Shown: positions 38,242-47,322 of the stretch, in pieces
How the letters are laid out: each line of letters starts with the position of its first letter
How positions within the stretch are numbered: position 1 is the stretch's first letter
NCBI GenBank assembly: GCA_030605575.1
Contig: JAUWIC010000071.1
Coordinates: forward strand, 1 to 51,183
Source of the DNA: Dehalococcoidia bacterium
GTDB lineage: Bacteria; Chloroflexota; Dehalococcoidia; Dehalococcoidales; E44-bin46
Length of the DNA stretch: 51,183 bases
Reading direction: 5' to 3'
The notes under the pieces: generated by a model
What the model saw: the letters and a program-made list of their open reading frames with translations, nothing else
What the model was told of the DNA's origin: nothing
Database searches by the model: none
Made by a program: the position numbers and the translations under genes

Positions 38242-38433
38242 TTACGCTTCTAGGATGCCTCTGACTAGCCGAATGAGTTCCACCTCTTTGGCGAAATCTA
38301 GTGGGTGTAATTCCAAAACCCTATATAACTCCCCCGGCTCCTTTGGCATTATTGGGACAATCTCTTTGACCTCATCCTCTGAGACACCGAGCAGTCCCAA
38401 GCCCAGTTTTTCAAAGACCTTAAACCTTTTGCA
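38242..38433 (-). other. 63-codon open frame continuing in-frame past the TAA stop of the upstream ORF
   Basis: ...VYVAYPLE-TAA-CKRFKVFEKLGLGLLGVSEDEVKEIVPIMPKEPGELYRVLELHPLDFAKEVELIRLVRGILEA*. No ATG or GTG in the first 30 codons, though TTG codons occur at codons 10 and 12 (KLGLG). Confidence 0.35.
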
Positions 38434-38721
38434 TTATTCCAATGGATAGGCTACATATACCAGTGTTGCAAGCGTCTTCAATATCATGCACTTTCCTATG
38501 GCTTCCATAATTTTGTGCAGGTCGGTTTCTACTTCAACGATGACGGCTCTGCTATCAGCTTCTTTTACTCCCACTATGTCAGGAACCATGTGGACTCTCG
38601 TGGGCAGAATATCCCCTATGGGAATTACCAGTTGCTGCTCATCGCCACCAGTGACAAGGACTTGAAAACCCTGAGTCTCCAGCCACTTCTTAATGGGTTG
38701 ATATAGCTCTTTCTGTCCCAT
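38434..38721 (-). CDS. hypothetical protein, possibly a restriction-endonuclease-like fold
   Basis: GGAGGG lies 5 nt before ATG 38721. VPDIVGV...VIVEVETD resembles a PD-(D/E)xK core, but the Lys is not conserved. Confidence 0.4.
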   Translation of the reverse strand: MGQKELYQPIKKWLETQGFQVLVTGGDEQQLVIPIGDILPTRVHMVPDIVGVKEADSRAVIVEVETDLHKIMEAIGKCMILKTLATLVYVAYPLE

Positions 38722-39095
38722 GTCTACCCTCCAAACGCACCCTTGCACGCAGCTTCGGTAGGACTGTAGCGCCTTCGTTACATGTTGATTATATCACTAA
38801 TGCCTGTTACTTGCTTTTTCGTGTGCTAGTGTGCTTCAAGTAGGTTCAGACTCGCAGGTGGGCATGCAGCATTAAGAACCGAAAACCATTGCTATTTGCC
38901 ATTACTCCTCAATATTAACCCCACAACAAGTGTGGTAGAGAGTTTGTTGGTAGGAACCACTGACTGGCTGAGTTAGACGATAAATACTTCCCATGCGGAA
39001 TGCGGTTGCAACTTTGGAGAGGGAGATGGTGTTATTAGCCAGAAATTAGATTAACAGTTCGCTATATCGTGAAATTATGTACGATTAGGCAGTGC

Positions 39096-39356
39096 TCACA
39101 TCTCAAATTCAGCGTGGGCCAGTTTAAAAACGGCGGATGGCTGGGGACAATTATGCGGTGGTGCTGCATTAGTTTCAATCATGGCTTTGGCTCCGAGGTT
39201 GCAGAGCCTCGTGCCCTTGCCTGGCTCTTTTGTCCAGTCATATCCACCGAGCCATCCAACATTCCACTGGCAACCTTCTTCCTGGCACCTCAGAAACTTC
39301 CTGCCGATAATCTCAACTGTCTCTAACTTCGCCTTCATTTCGCTCCACGCATCCAT
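39096..39356 (-). CDS. hypothetical protein
   Basis: 86 aa with a weak SD. Competes with two + strand ORFs of similar length. Confidence 0.3.
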   Translation of the reverse strand: MDAWSEMKAKLETVEIIGRKFLRCQEEGCQWNVGWLGGYDWTKEPGKGTRLCNLGAKAMIETNAAPPHNCPQPSAVFKLAHAEFEM

Positions 39357-39434
39357 CTTGGGGAAGTCTTCAACAAGATGGATGCGTAATCTATTTATCC
39401 CTTTACCATGAGTTCAGCTTGACTGACCTGTCTA

Positions 39435-39719
39435 TTACTCCGTCTTTTCTTTAACAGCGATCAGCTTTGGACCCTCAGCTGTATCTTGTATATCGAGAGT
39501 CATTCCCTCTACAACAGACATAAGCTCAGATGATACCACCAGCACCTTGGCTCCTTCATGTTCTATCACCTGACCATCTTCTTTTGCCTCGCTCTCTAGC
39601 ACGAAGCCAAGCCGACCGGCTGGCTTTGCTACCAGCCTCAGGCTAAAATCTAGGTCATCACTATGGGCTAGCAATATATTTTTGAGGTGTTCTTTGGCAC
39701 TATCTGTCACAGTTATCAT
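39435..39719 (-). CDS. HesB/IscA-like fold protein lacking the Cys ligands
   Basis: MITVTDSAKEHLKNIL...LRLVAKPAGRLGFVLESEAKEDGQVIEHEGAKVLVV follows the IscA/HesB pattern, but no C-terminal CGC motif is present. Confidence 0.45.
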   Translation of the reverse strand: MITVTDSAKEHLKNILLAHSDDLDFSLRLVAKPAGRLGFVLESEAKEDGQVIEHEGAKVLVVSSELMSVVEGMTLDIQDTAEGPKLIAVKEKTE

Positions 39720-40012
39720 TTCGACCTCCCACTTTTTCTATTTCTTAATAAGAATCCACCATCAGGCTGGTCAAGGTAGTCAAGTTCGTAGTTTCCAAGC
39801 TTAGACGCACTGGCCGGGTCCAGAAACATCTTGATGCTGTGTAGGTCTAAAACCTCATCTCCTCGGGGTTGCTTGGCAATCTTAATATTAAAGTTTTCTT
39901 TACCCGATCCATCGGTTTGGACAAAGACCTTGAATCCGATACCCATGTCAAAACACGTCTGTACCAGCTTCTGTTTAAGCTTCTCTATCGCCCTATTACT
40001 GGCAGTGAGCAT
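39716..40012 (-). CDS. HesB/IscA-like fold protein (paralogue), lacking the Cys ligands
   Basis: GGAGG upstream. MLTASNRAIEKLKQKL...GFKVFVQTDGSG...EVLDLHSIKMFLD. ATGA overlap with the next gene. Confidence 0.4.
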   Translation of the reverse strand: MLTASNRAIEKLKQKLVQTCFDMGIGFKVFVQTDGSGKENFNIKIAKQPRGDEVLDLHSIKMFLDPASASKLGNYELDYLDQPDGGFLLRNRKSGRSK

Positions 40013-40147
40013 GAACTATGTCCTCCTTCCCTATTGCTGAATTTTTGGTAAGCAGTCCTGCTGCCCTTGATTCTGTTGCTGGCATTTAGCTTCGGCTAAG
40101 CTTGAAATCCAAGATGGTCTTCTAGAATGTCTCTCAAGTTGTGCATC

Positions 40148-40363
40148 TTAGCTCAGTTCGTCAATGGAAATATTGAGCCTGACCTTGGTTTTCGTCACCT
40201 CAAGTAGATCTTGGGTTGAAATGACGAGGTTTTTATCGAGTACCTTGCTGCGAACTACGAATTTGCTAATTTCGCCAGTCCAGGTATTGTGCATTAGATG
40301 GTCTACTTTACCCAACAGCTTGCCGTTTTTATCTACTACTTCAGCCCCGTATTCTATCTCCAT
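40148..40363 (-). CDS. small PRC-barrel/DUF2171-like protein
   Basis: AGGAG upstream. GAEVVDKNGKLLGKVDHLMHNTWTGEISKFVV. Confidence 0.45.
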   Translation of the reverse strand: MEIEYGAEVVDKNGKLLGKVDHLMHNTWTGEISKFVVRSKVLDKNLVISTQDLLEVTKTKVRLNISIDELS

Positions 40364-40524
40364 CTCCTATAGCTTCCACTTTCATATAGGCTTGTGGTTA
40401 GGCTCGTCTCATAATTCTACCTCACCTCTGACAAAGCCGACATACTGCATGTGAGTTATTTAGGCAAAGAAAAAGGGTTATCTTGTGATAACCCTTGTGG
40501 GTAGCTCTATATTTATCAGTCTCT

Positions 40525-41199
40525 TTAGCGTGGATTTTCTTCTACATCCTTTACCTCGGTCACCAATCCCTGCTGCACAGCATAGACTGATGCTTGCTGC
40601 CGGTTACGCAACTGCAGTTTCCCCAGTATGTGTTTGACATGAACCTTGGCTGTATTCTCGGTAATAAATAGTGTATCGCCTATCTCTTTGTTGGTGTGCC
40701 CTTTAGCTAATAACTTCAAAATCTCTTGTTCCCGGTCTGAAAGACCATCCTTGACTTCAGCCTCGCTCCGTTTCATTTCGGTGAACTTATCAACAAGCTT
40801 TTCAGCGAGAGGAGGAGATACGACAACCTCACCCTTCCTAATCAAGTCAATAGATTCAATAAGGTCACCAACTTTCATATCTTTGAGGAGATATCCGGTG
40901 GCTCCAGCGTCTATAGAAGAGAAGAGGCCCTCTTCGTTTTTAGAATCAGTAAGCACGGCAACCTTTACCTCTGGAGATGATTCGTTCATCTGCCTAATGG
41001 CTTTAACACCGTCGCATTCAGAGATGTCAGTATCGATTAAAACTATATCAGGCTTAGCCTCTCTGACCTTCTCGATAGCCTCGTTTCCATTAGAGCATTG
41101 AGAAACCACATCAATATGTTCTTGTTCGTCTAACAGTCTAGCTAGTCCTTCTCGGAAGATTTCTTTCTCGTCTGCTAAAAGTACCTTTGTTTGCTCCAT
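40525..41199 (-). CDS. NarL/LuxR-family response regulator
   Basis: REC domain (VLLADEKE...PDIVLIDTDISECDG) plus a LuxR HTH (LSDREQEILKLLAKGHTNKEIGDTLFITENTAKVHVKHILGKL). No kinase is adjacent. Confidence 0.9.
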   Translation of the reverse strand: MEQTKVLLADEKEIFREGLARLLDEQEHIDVVSQCSNGNEAIEKVREAKPDIVLIDTDISECDGVKAIRQMNESSPEVKVAVLTDSKNEEGLFSSIDAGATGYLLKDMKVGDLIESIDLIRKGEVVVSPPLAEKLVDKFTEMKRSEAEVKDGLSDREQEILKLLAKGHTNKEIGDTLFITENTAKVHVKHILGKLQLRNRQQASVYAVQQGLVTEVKDVEENPR

Positions 41200-41375
41200 C
41201 TCTCACCTCCCGTATACGGTGGACTAACATCTGCCCTGCTTCCCCAGCACAGCAAAAGTGTAACATCCTGACATCAACAAGTCAAAAAGGTGGGAGCAAG
41301 CACTACACAGCTTGCTAGTATGATGATAGCGCTTCAAAAGGTATAATAGAAGCCACAAGGGGTCTAGCTTAAGAA

Positions 41376-42041
41376 ATGACTGACGCTTTAATCAAACAGA
41401 GGATTAGGCAGATACTTGACCTCTTGAAGGAAGAATATGGTGTCCCTGAGTGGCAATCCGATTATGACCCGCTTTCGGTGTTAGTCCAAACTATCCTCTC
41501 CCAGAATACATCAGATGCAAATTCAAGAGGTGCCTTCCAATCACTCATGGCTTCTTTTGATAACTGGGAAGATGTAGCCGATGCCGATGTTGATACCATT
41601 GCATCTTGCATTAAATGTGGTGGGTTGGGGAGGATAAAGGCACAAAGGGTCAAGCAAGCGCTTGAAGAAATTATGCAAAAGCGGGGGAGGCTCGAACTGG
41701 ATTTCCTGAATCAGCTTACCTCGTCTGGTGCCGAGGGTTGGCTTCAGCAACTACCCGGAGTAGGACTGAAGACAGCACGGTGCGTATTGCTTTTTTCACT
41801 GGGGATGCCGGTTCTGCCCGTGGATACCCATATCTTGCGAGTGACCAAGCGACTGGGGCTAATCAGTCCTAAAGCCTCACTACATGAGGCGCATCACTCA
41901 CTAGAGGAAGTAGTCCTGCCAGAGGATATCTATCAATTCCACATCCTTATAATAGAGCACGAAAGAAGGCGGTGTCAGGCACGACGCCCGCACTGCCAAG
42001 GCTGTGTGCTGAAAAGGACATGCATGAGCTACAACCTGTGA
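41376..42041 (+). CDS. nth: endonuclease III / HhH-GPD DNA glycosylase
   Basis: HhH motif LPGVGLKTARCVLLF, VDTHILRV and the Fe-S loop C-x6-C-x2-C-x5-C (CQARRPHCQGCVLKRTC). Confidence 0.85.
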   Translation: MTDALIKQRIRQILDLLKEEYGVPEWQSDYDPLSVLVQTILSQNTSDANSRGAFQSLMASFDNWEDVADADVDTIASCIKCGGLGRIKAQRVKQALEEIMQKRGRLELDFLNQLTSSGAEGWLQQLPGVGLKTARCVLLFSLGMPVLPVDTHILRVTKRLGLISPKASLHEAHHSLEEVVLPEDIYQFHILIIEHERRRCQARRPHCQGCVLKRTCMSYNL

Positions 42042-42140
42042 ACATGCAAGGTAGCAAAGGCTATGAAGTGCAATCCAAGGAGATTGTTGACATTCCGGTA
42101 AGGAATGGTTTATTCTCCATGCAAAAAGGAGGTAGCCCTA

Positions 42141-42287
42141 ATGCAAGGATATTGTGTGAAGTGTCGTACCAAAAGGGAAATGAAGGATGCCAAGGCAATA
42201 ACCATGAAAAACGGTAAGCTGGCGACTCAGGGTGTGTGCCCCGTATGCGGGACTAAGATGTTCAGGATAGGAAAGAGTCAAAGCTGA
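42141..42287 (+). CDS. DUF5679-type zinc-ribbon protein
   Basis: AAAGGAGG lies 8 nt before ATG 42141. MQGYCVKCRTKREMKDAKAITMKNGKLATQGVCPVCGTKMFRIGK. Confidence 0.7.
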   Translation: MQGYCVKCRTKREMKDAKAITMKNGKLATQGVCPVCGTKMFRIGKSQS

Positions 42288-42304
42288 CATTATAAGTGTC
42301 GGGA

Positions 42305-42359
42305 GAGTAATAAAGAAGCTGGGTATTTTTATTAAATTTACCCAGCTTCTTTATTACTC
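42305..42359. repeat. perfect 21-bp inverted repeat (hairpin) at the composition boundary
   Basis: GAGTAATAAAGAAGCTGGGTA-13 nt-TACCCAGCTTCTTTATTACTC. No T-tract follows. Confidence 0.85.
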
Positions 42360-42494
42360 GTACAATTCGTCAGAAAGTTGGCAGAACAATACTTAAAACT
42401 CGTGACCGTGCTTTTCCTAGCGATTAATAAAGTGTTAAACTTAGCAAAGAGCAAATATCTGACACTTTGCAAAAATGAGAATTGGGAGGTATAA

Positions 42495-42992
42495 GTGATA
42501 GTGATTCATGTGCCAGGTAAACCTAATTATAAATCAATAAGGATACAGACAAGATGCAGGAACGATATCGAGAACCGACAGGTCTATGATTTCTCTGCGA
42601 GTGAGCTGAGTGCCATACCCGATTATAGTAGGGACTACCGGGGGGCAGAGTTACGAAACAAACCAAACCCAATATATAACTGCTACGGAATGACTTTTGC
42701 ATGTGCACGAACGACGGTAGGTCCTGAGTCTGTTCAAATGATATTAGACGATGATGGATACACTGAAATACAAAATGCGGACGAAGTTCTTCCGGGAGAT
42801 GTTATAATCTATTATAATGATAATGGCGAAATATGGCACTCAGGAATAGTAGTATCAAAACCTTCGGATGAACGAATTAAGATTCCATGGGTGGTCAGCA
42901 AGTGGGGAAAATACAGTGAGGTCTATCATCAAGCATACGATGTTCCATACCGCCCGATTGCACAAGTACGCTACTGGAGAATAACAAAATGA
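42495..42992 (+). CDS. cytoplasmic papain-fold (NlpC/P60- or CHAP-like) Cys/His protein; cassette gene A
   Basis: GGGAGG lies 5 nt before GTG 42495. Candidate nucleophile PIYNC63YGMTFA and candidate His GDVIIYYNDNGEIWH115SGIVV, in NlpC/P60 order and spacing. No signal peptide. Confidence 0.55.
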   Translation: MIVIHVPGKPNYKSIRIQTRCRNDIENRQVYDFSASELSAIPDYSRDYRGAELRNKPNPIYNCYGMTFACARTTVGPESVQMILDDDGYTEIQNADEVLPGDVIIYYNDNGEIWHSGIVVSKPSDERIKIPWVVSKWGKYSEVYHQAYDVPYRPIAQVRYWRITK

Positions 42993-43510
42993 TATCAATT
43001 GATATAGAGGCACTAAAAAGAGAGTATCTTTTTGCAAATACTGTAGAACAGCTTTATCAGCATTTCAGAGAGAATACCTCATTGCAAAACTTAGCAAAAA
43101 CGGAAAAGCCAGAAATCTTAGTTGAAGGATACAAGAAGAGAACAGAGAAGGATGAGAGGAGTATTAAGGATGTAGTTGAAGCATATGCGGTACTAATAGC
43201 TGTTACATTCTATGATTACAAAGAAGCGATAAAAATATTCAAGAAGTTCGACTTATCAAAACTTGAATGGGGTGAAGAACTAAAGGATATTTATAGGCGA
43301 GAGGCAAGAATCACAATCTACATAACTGGGCAAGGTAGAGGACAAGTATTGAAAGAAATTCATACGCGTGGGTCAGGAACTATGAGCTACATAAAGGGAC
43401 AAGTTAAAGGTGTAGTAGGTGATTTTAAGCAGACCAAGTCGGAGACTTCAAATGCAGTTTTAAGTACATTTGTACCGATTAATAAGTCAGCAAAGGGAGA
43501 TAGAAGATGA
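42989..43510 (+). CDS. hypothetical protein; cassette gene B
   Basis: ATGA overlap with gene A. 173 aa with a helical N-part and a Gly/Lys-rich C-part (GQGRGQVLKEIHTRGSGTMSYIKGQVKGVVGDFK). No motif recognised. Confidence 0.6.
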   Translation: MISIDIEALKREYLFANTVEQLYQHFRENTSLQNLAKTEKPEILVEGYKKRTEKDERSIKDVVEAYAVLIAVTFYDYKEAIKIFKKFDLSKLEWGEELKDIYRREARITIYITGQGRGQVLKEIHTRGSGTMSYIKGQVKGVVGDFKQTKSETSNAVLSTFVPINKSAKGDRR

Positions 43511-43908
43511 TAAGACCAAAACTGTTATTGTGTGCTGAAGGAGTAGTAGTCGATCAAAGGACAAATAATGCATCTGCATTCAACATTCTGGAACAGTTGA
43601 ATTTCAAGAGTTTACCTGTTGTATTCCCAAAGATGGTTATATTAAGCATTCTAGAGAGAGAAAAAGGAGACCTCGAAAAGTGGAAGGGTAGACTTCGTAT
43701 TGATATAGCAGGATCGATCATTATAGATCAACCACTAGAGCACAACTTTAAGGGTCTACATAGAAGCAGAAACATGTTGATCCTTGGAGGACTACCAATT
43801 ACACAGCCTGGAACAATGGAGATATCCTTGGTTAAAAATGACAAGAAAATAATATCGTATACAATCGAGGTTATAATTCCGCCAGGGCCCAAAATCGAAA
43901 CAAGCTAG
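43507..43908 (+). CDS. hypothetical beta-rich protein; cassette gene C (possibly DUF6941-like)
   Basis: ATGA overlap with gene B and GGGAGA upstream. PKLLLCAEGVVVDQRTNNASAFNILEQLNFKSLPVVFPKMVILSIL resembles the DUF6941 family as I remember it. Unverified. Confidence 0.55.
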   Translation: MIRPKLLLCAEGVVVDQRTNNASAFNILEQLNFKSLPVVFPKMVILSILEREKGDLEKWKGRLRIDIAGSIIIDQPLEHNFKGLHRSRNMLILGGLPITQPGTMEISLVKNDKKIISYTIEVIIPPGPKIETS

Positions 43909-44109
43909 TCTCGTCAAAAGAGAAGGTACCTCAAGCAATCATCTTTGCAACCGATACAAGCAGTTTGAAAATGATGCTTTTAGGGGAGTAGTTGCAGGGA
44001 TGTTCTATATACCCGAAGTACAATATAGTTCCTTTGAGTTCTCAGCGAGAGTTCTTATCGGTTAACAATTAGCCAGTTTGTTTAGCCAGTCGAACTACTC
44101 CTTGGGCAC

Positions 44110-44682
44110 CTAATTAGAATCAGATCGAATGGGGCGGAAATGTTGGCCGGGTTTTATTTGGACTGGTAAGCCCGCGAGTGTTAAATAAACCTCATCAGCT
44201 TGCTGAGCCAGCAGCTGGTTTGCCTTACCTAGTAAATCACGATACAACCTGCTCATTCTATTAGCCGGCACCAACCCCGTACCAACCTCATTGGTAACAA
44301 TAATGAAGCTGGCCTTAGTGTGGTTGATACACTCTACCAACTCGTTAATTTCGCTGGTAACTTCTTGCTCAACAACAGAGGCACTGGTTTGGGGGCTATA
44401 CTGGCTAAGAATGTTATTGACCAAGAGGGTGATGCAGTCTACAATTACCACCTGAGCCTCACCGATTTGCTGGGAAATCTGGCTACCTACATGGGTAGTA
44501 ACTTCAAGGGTGCGCCAAGCTGATGGCCTTGCCCGCTGATGCTCCTCAATACGCTGCCGCATCTCTTCATCGCCAGCCACCGCTGTAGCCACAAAGAGCG
44601 CTGGTTCACCTAACTTTAGGGCAAGCTCAAGGGCGAAACGACTTTTGCCACTACGAGCGCCACCAGTGATTAAGATGTTTAT
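44110..44682 (-). CDS. cobU: adenosylcobinamide kinase / adenosylcobinamide-phosphate guanylyltransferase, with no canonical start codon
   Basis: The P-loop ILITGGARSGKS is encoded upstream of the ORF-track GTG 44592. The frame is open only back to TAG. It contains no ATG, GTG or TTG before the P-loop. AAGGGGGTGAGG-TC-ATA-AAC-ATC implies an ATA (44682) or ATC (44676) start. Confidence 0.8.
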   Translation of the reverse strand: MNILITGGARSGKSRFALELALKLGEPALFVATAVAGDEEMRQRIEEHQRARPSAWRTLEVTTHVGSQISQQIGEAQVVIVDCITLLVNNILSQYSPQTSASVVEQEVTSEINELVECINHTKASFIIVTNEVGTGLVPANRMSRLYRDLLGKANQLLAQQADEVYLTLAGLPVQIKPGQHFRPIRSDSN

Positions 44683-44704
44683 GACCTCACCCCCTTCTTT
44701 CGTG

Positions 44705-44801
44705 AAATCCTAAACTCTAATTTCTAAATCCTAAATAAAGTCAAAATTTAAATCCCTAAAGTTTAGTGTTTAGGACTTAGTATTTTATTTGAGAGGGGCT
44801 T
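44705..44801. promoter_or_regulatory. cobC-cobU spacer: three AAATCC(C)TAAA motifs plus a type-B hairpin
   Basis: AAATCCTAAA at 44705-44714 and 44726-44735. AAATCCCTAAA at 44750-44760. GAGAGGGGC-TTCG-CCCCTCTC at 44781-44801. Confidence 0.4.
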
Positions 44802-44875
44802 CGCCCCTCTCAAACTCCCCGTTACTCACTCTTCTTTCCCTCCCTCTATCTCGGCTAGGTTTTTAGTCAGTAAAT

Positions 44876-45484
44876 CTATCCCAAATGAGAAATATCGTTT
44901 AACAGGCTCAGTATTGCCCCCGTGGGATATGTCTCTAAGATACTAAGCGAAGCCAAATCAAGGCGAATCTGGTATATATACCGTAGTTCTATCGCCATTA
45001 GCTGACATACGAGGCTACGTAGAACTCCAGCATGAGCCACAATGAGTACCGTTTCCTCAGCCTTACGTTTCTTCAGCCTACCCACGAAATTACTAACCCG
45101 ACTATGAAGCTGGTCAAGGCTTTCACCACCGGGAAATTCTATGTTGGTGCTCCTCTGAGTCTTCCACTTAGCGGCGAACTCAGGAAAAAGCTGGCTACTC
45201 TCCTCAAAATTCAAACCTTCAAGCTTACCGAAGTTAATCTCACGTAGCTCAGCACAGATGGTAACATCCAGCTGGTGTCTAGAGGCAATAGTCTTGGCTG
45301 TTACCCAAGCTCGCTGCAGGTCACTAGAGTAAATAGCATCAATCCTCTGTGCTGCCAGGCGGTCATGCAACCTCTCAGCCTGTCTAAGCCCAAGAGGACT
45401 CAGCTTAACATCACTCTGCCCCCAATACCTCTCAGCACTGTTTAATTCAGTCTCGCCATGCCTTACCAAAAGTAATCTAGCCAT
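44876..45484 (-). CDS. cobC: alpha-ribazole phosphatase (histidine phosphatase family)
   Basis: LLLVRHGETELNSAERYWGQSD, in a cobT-cobS context. Confidence 0.8.
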   Translation of the reverse strand: MARLLLVRHGETELNSAERYWGQSDVKLSPLGLRQAERLHDRLAAQRIDAIYSSDLQRAWVTAKTIASRHQLDVTICAELREINFGKLEGLNFEESSQLFPEFAAKWKTQRSTNIEFPGGESLDQLHSRVSNFVGRLKKRKAEETVLIVAHAGVLRSLVCQLMAIELRYIYQIRLDLASLSILETYPTGAILSLLNDISHLG

Positions 45485-45492
45485 AATGTTCT

Positions 45493-46248
45493 CTAAGCTA
45501 ACCCTAACCAGTGGTTATAGGCCAAAAGACAAACCAGAATAAGCACACTGACCTCAGCCACCTCATTTATCGCCCCGTAGGTATCGCCGGTGAGACCAGA
45601 AAATTTGCGCTTTAGATAGGCAGCCATAGCCACTACTATAACCCAGACACCGAGCATTATAACAAGACCTGCCAATCGAAACCAAGGAATAGCCACCGCC
45701 AAAACTACCAGCGTGGCTATGGCTAATCTACGCCGACTAGCCGCCTGCTTAAATACCTTCCCCAGACCTGATGGTCTGGCATAGGGATAGGCGAAGATAG
45801 CGTAGACCATTGCCCAGCGACTTACTACCGGCATAAGCACCAGGGTGGTCATCATTAGGTTCTCAGGCACACTATTTAGTGAAACATATTTAACTATCAG
45901 CAAGCAGCAGACGCCCACCATGCCCAAAGCACCAGCCCGGCTATCACGCATTACCTGCCGCCGAGCCTCTGGGGTCTTGTGACTAGCTATTCCGTCGCAA
46001 GTATCAACAAAGCCATCAAGATGAAGCCCACCAGTGAGCACCACCAGGCAAACAAGCAACAGCCCACTGACCACCGCCGGAGGTAAGACAAGACGCAAAA
46101 GCCAGTACAATCCAGCCAAAATAAGGCCAATAATAATACCGGCTACCGGAAAACAAACTATAGAGCTTCCTAATTGCTCAGAGCTAACCTCACGCCGCCG
46201 GGGCACAGGTATAATGGTTAGAAAGCTTAGTGCGGCTAAAAATTTCAA
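45493..46248 (-). CDS. cobS: adenosylcobinamide-GDP ribazoletransferase (cobalamin synthase)
   Basis: [16 protein letters not shown], a polytopic membrane protein with [11 protein letters not shown]. Confidence 0.9.
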   Translation of the reverse strand: MKFLAALSFLTIIPVPRRREVSSEQLGSSIVCFPVAGIIIGLILAGLYWLLRLVLPPAVVSGLLLVCLVVLTGGLHLDGFVDTCDGIASHKTPEARRQVMRDSRAGALGMVGVCCLLIVKYVSLNSVPENLMMTTLVLMPVVSRWAMVYAIFAYPYARPSGLGKVFKQAASRRRLAIATLVVLAVAIPWFRLAGLVIMLGVWVIVVAMAAYLKRKFSGLTGDTYGAINEVAEVSVLILVCLLAYNHWLGLA

Positions 46249-47315
46249 TCGCCTAGCTCATTCCTTTCCGATACTCCGGCTTCAGTAAAGGTAGACATCT
46301 CACCCAGAACCCTGGCGGCAGTCTCAGCCAGAAATATTCCCAGGGCAGCACCCGTGCCCTCACCTAAACGCATGTCCAAATCCAACAAGGGCTTAAGCCC
46401 TAAATGCCTGAGTAAAAGGGAGTGACCTGTCTCAGCTGAAACGTGAGCCGCAATAAGGAAATCCTTCAATCCCGGTGATAGTGCGGTGGCAATAAGAGCT
46501 GCTGCCCCAGAAATAAAGCCATCAATTACTACCGGAATACGGTGAGCCGCCGCAGCCAACATCACCCCGGACAAGCCACCCATCTCAAAGCCACCCACCT
46601 TTGCCAGTACGTCCAACGGCTGGTTAGAGTTAGGGCGGTTCACCGCCAAAGCTCTATCTATTACTTCTATCTTGTGCCTAAGCTGGTTATCGGCTATGCC
46701 AGTGCCCCGACCGGTTACCTCAGCCACCGGTTTTGCCAGCATAACCGCATAGATAGCGCTGCTGGCAGTGGTATTACCTATCCCCATATCACCAGTGCCC
46801 ACTATATCCAGACCCTTAGCCACCTCGCCCGCCACCACTTCAATCCCAGTCTCTATCGCCTTAACTGCCTGCTCGGTGGTCATAGCCGAACCTAGAGCCA
46901 TATTCCGGGTGCCTAAAGCAACCTTCCTAGACAAAAGTCGTGGGTTGGCTTCCATCTCAGTTGCCACCCCCATATCCACCACAATAATTCTGGCTCCTAC
47001 CTGACGGGCGATAACATTTATTCCGGCTCCACCACTAAGGAAATTGTAAACCATCTGAGCGGTTACTTCCTGAGGGTAGACACTTACTCCTTCAGCCACC
47101 ACCCCGTGGTCACCAGCCATAGTGATAATTGCCTTGTGCCTGATTTGAGGAATGGGTCTGCCCTGAATGCCAGCCAGTTGAATCGACAGCTCCTCCAGTC
47201 TGCCCAGACTGCCCTGTGGTTTGGTCAAGAGGTTCTGCCTGGCTCGGGCTTCAGCCATTGCACTTCCATCTAGGGGCTTTATCATCCCAATTATTTTTGA
47301 TAAAAGCTCAGACAT
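46245..47315 (-). CDS. cobT: nicotinate-nucleotide--dimethylbenzimidazole phosphoribosyltransferase
   Basis: [24 protein letters not shown] and [13 protein letters not shown]. Confidence 0.92.
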   Translation of the reverse strand: MSELLSKIIGMIKPLDGSAMAEARARQNLLTKPQGSLGRLEELSIQLAGIQGRPIPQIRHKAIITMAGDHGVVAEGVSVYPQEVTAQMVYNFLSGGAGINVIARQVGARIIVVDMGVATEMEANPRLLSRKVALGTRNMALGSAMTTEQAVKAIETGIEVVAGEVAKGLDIVGTGDMGIGNTTASSAIYAVMLAKPVAEVTGRGTGIADNQLRHKIEVIDRALAVNRPNSNQPLDVLAKVGGFEMGGLSGVMLAAAAHRIPVVIDGFISGAAALIATALSPGLKDFLIAAHVSAETGHSLLLRHLGLKPLLDLDMRLGEGTGAALGIFLAETAARVLGEMSTFTEAGVSERNELGD

Positions 47316-47322
47316 CTCTTCT

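Noticed and set aside
37595-38449. Two + strand ORFs (120 and 154 aa)
   Set aside because: They are antisense to the SD-supported minus-strand operon (HEPN-like gene and neighbours) and give Ser/Leu-rich translations without motifs.
40646-41101. 151-aa + strand ORF
   Set aside because: It is antisense to the response-regulator gene, with Ser-rich shadow-frame composition.
46542-47004. 117-aa and 78-aa + strand ORFs
   Set aside because: They are antisense to cobT, whose identity is unambiguous.
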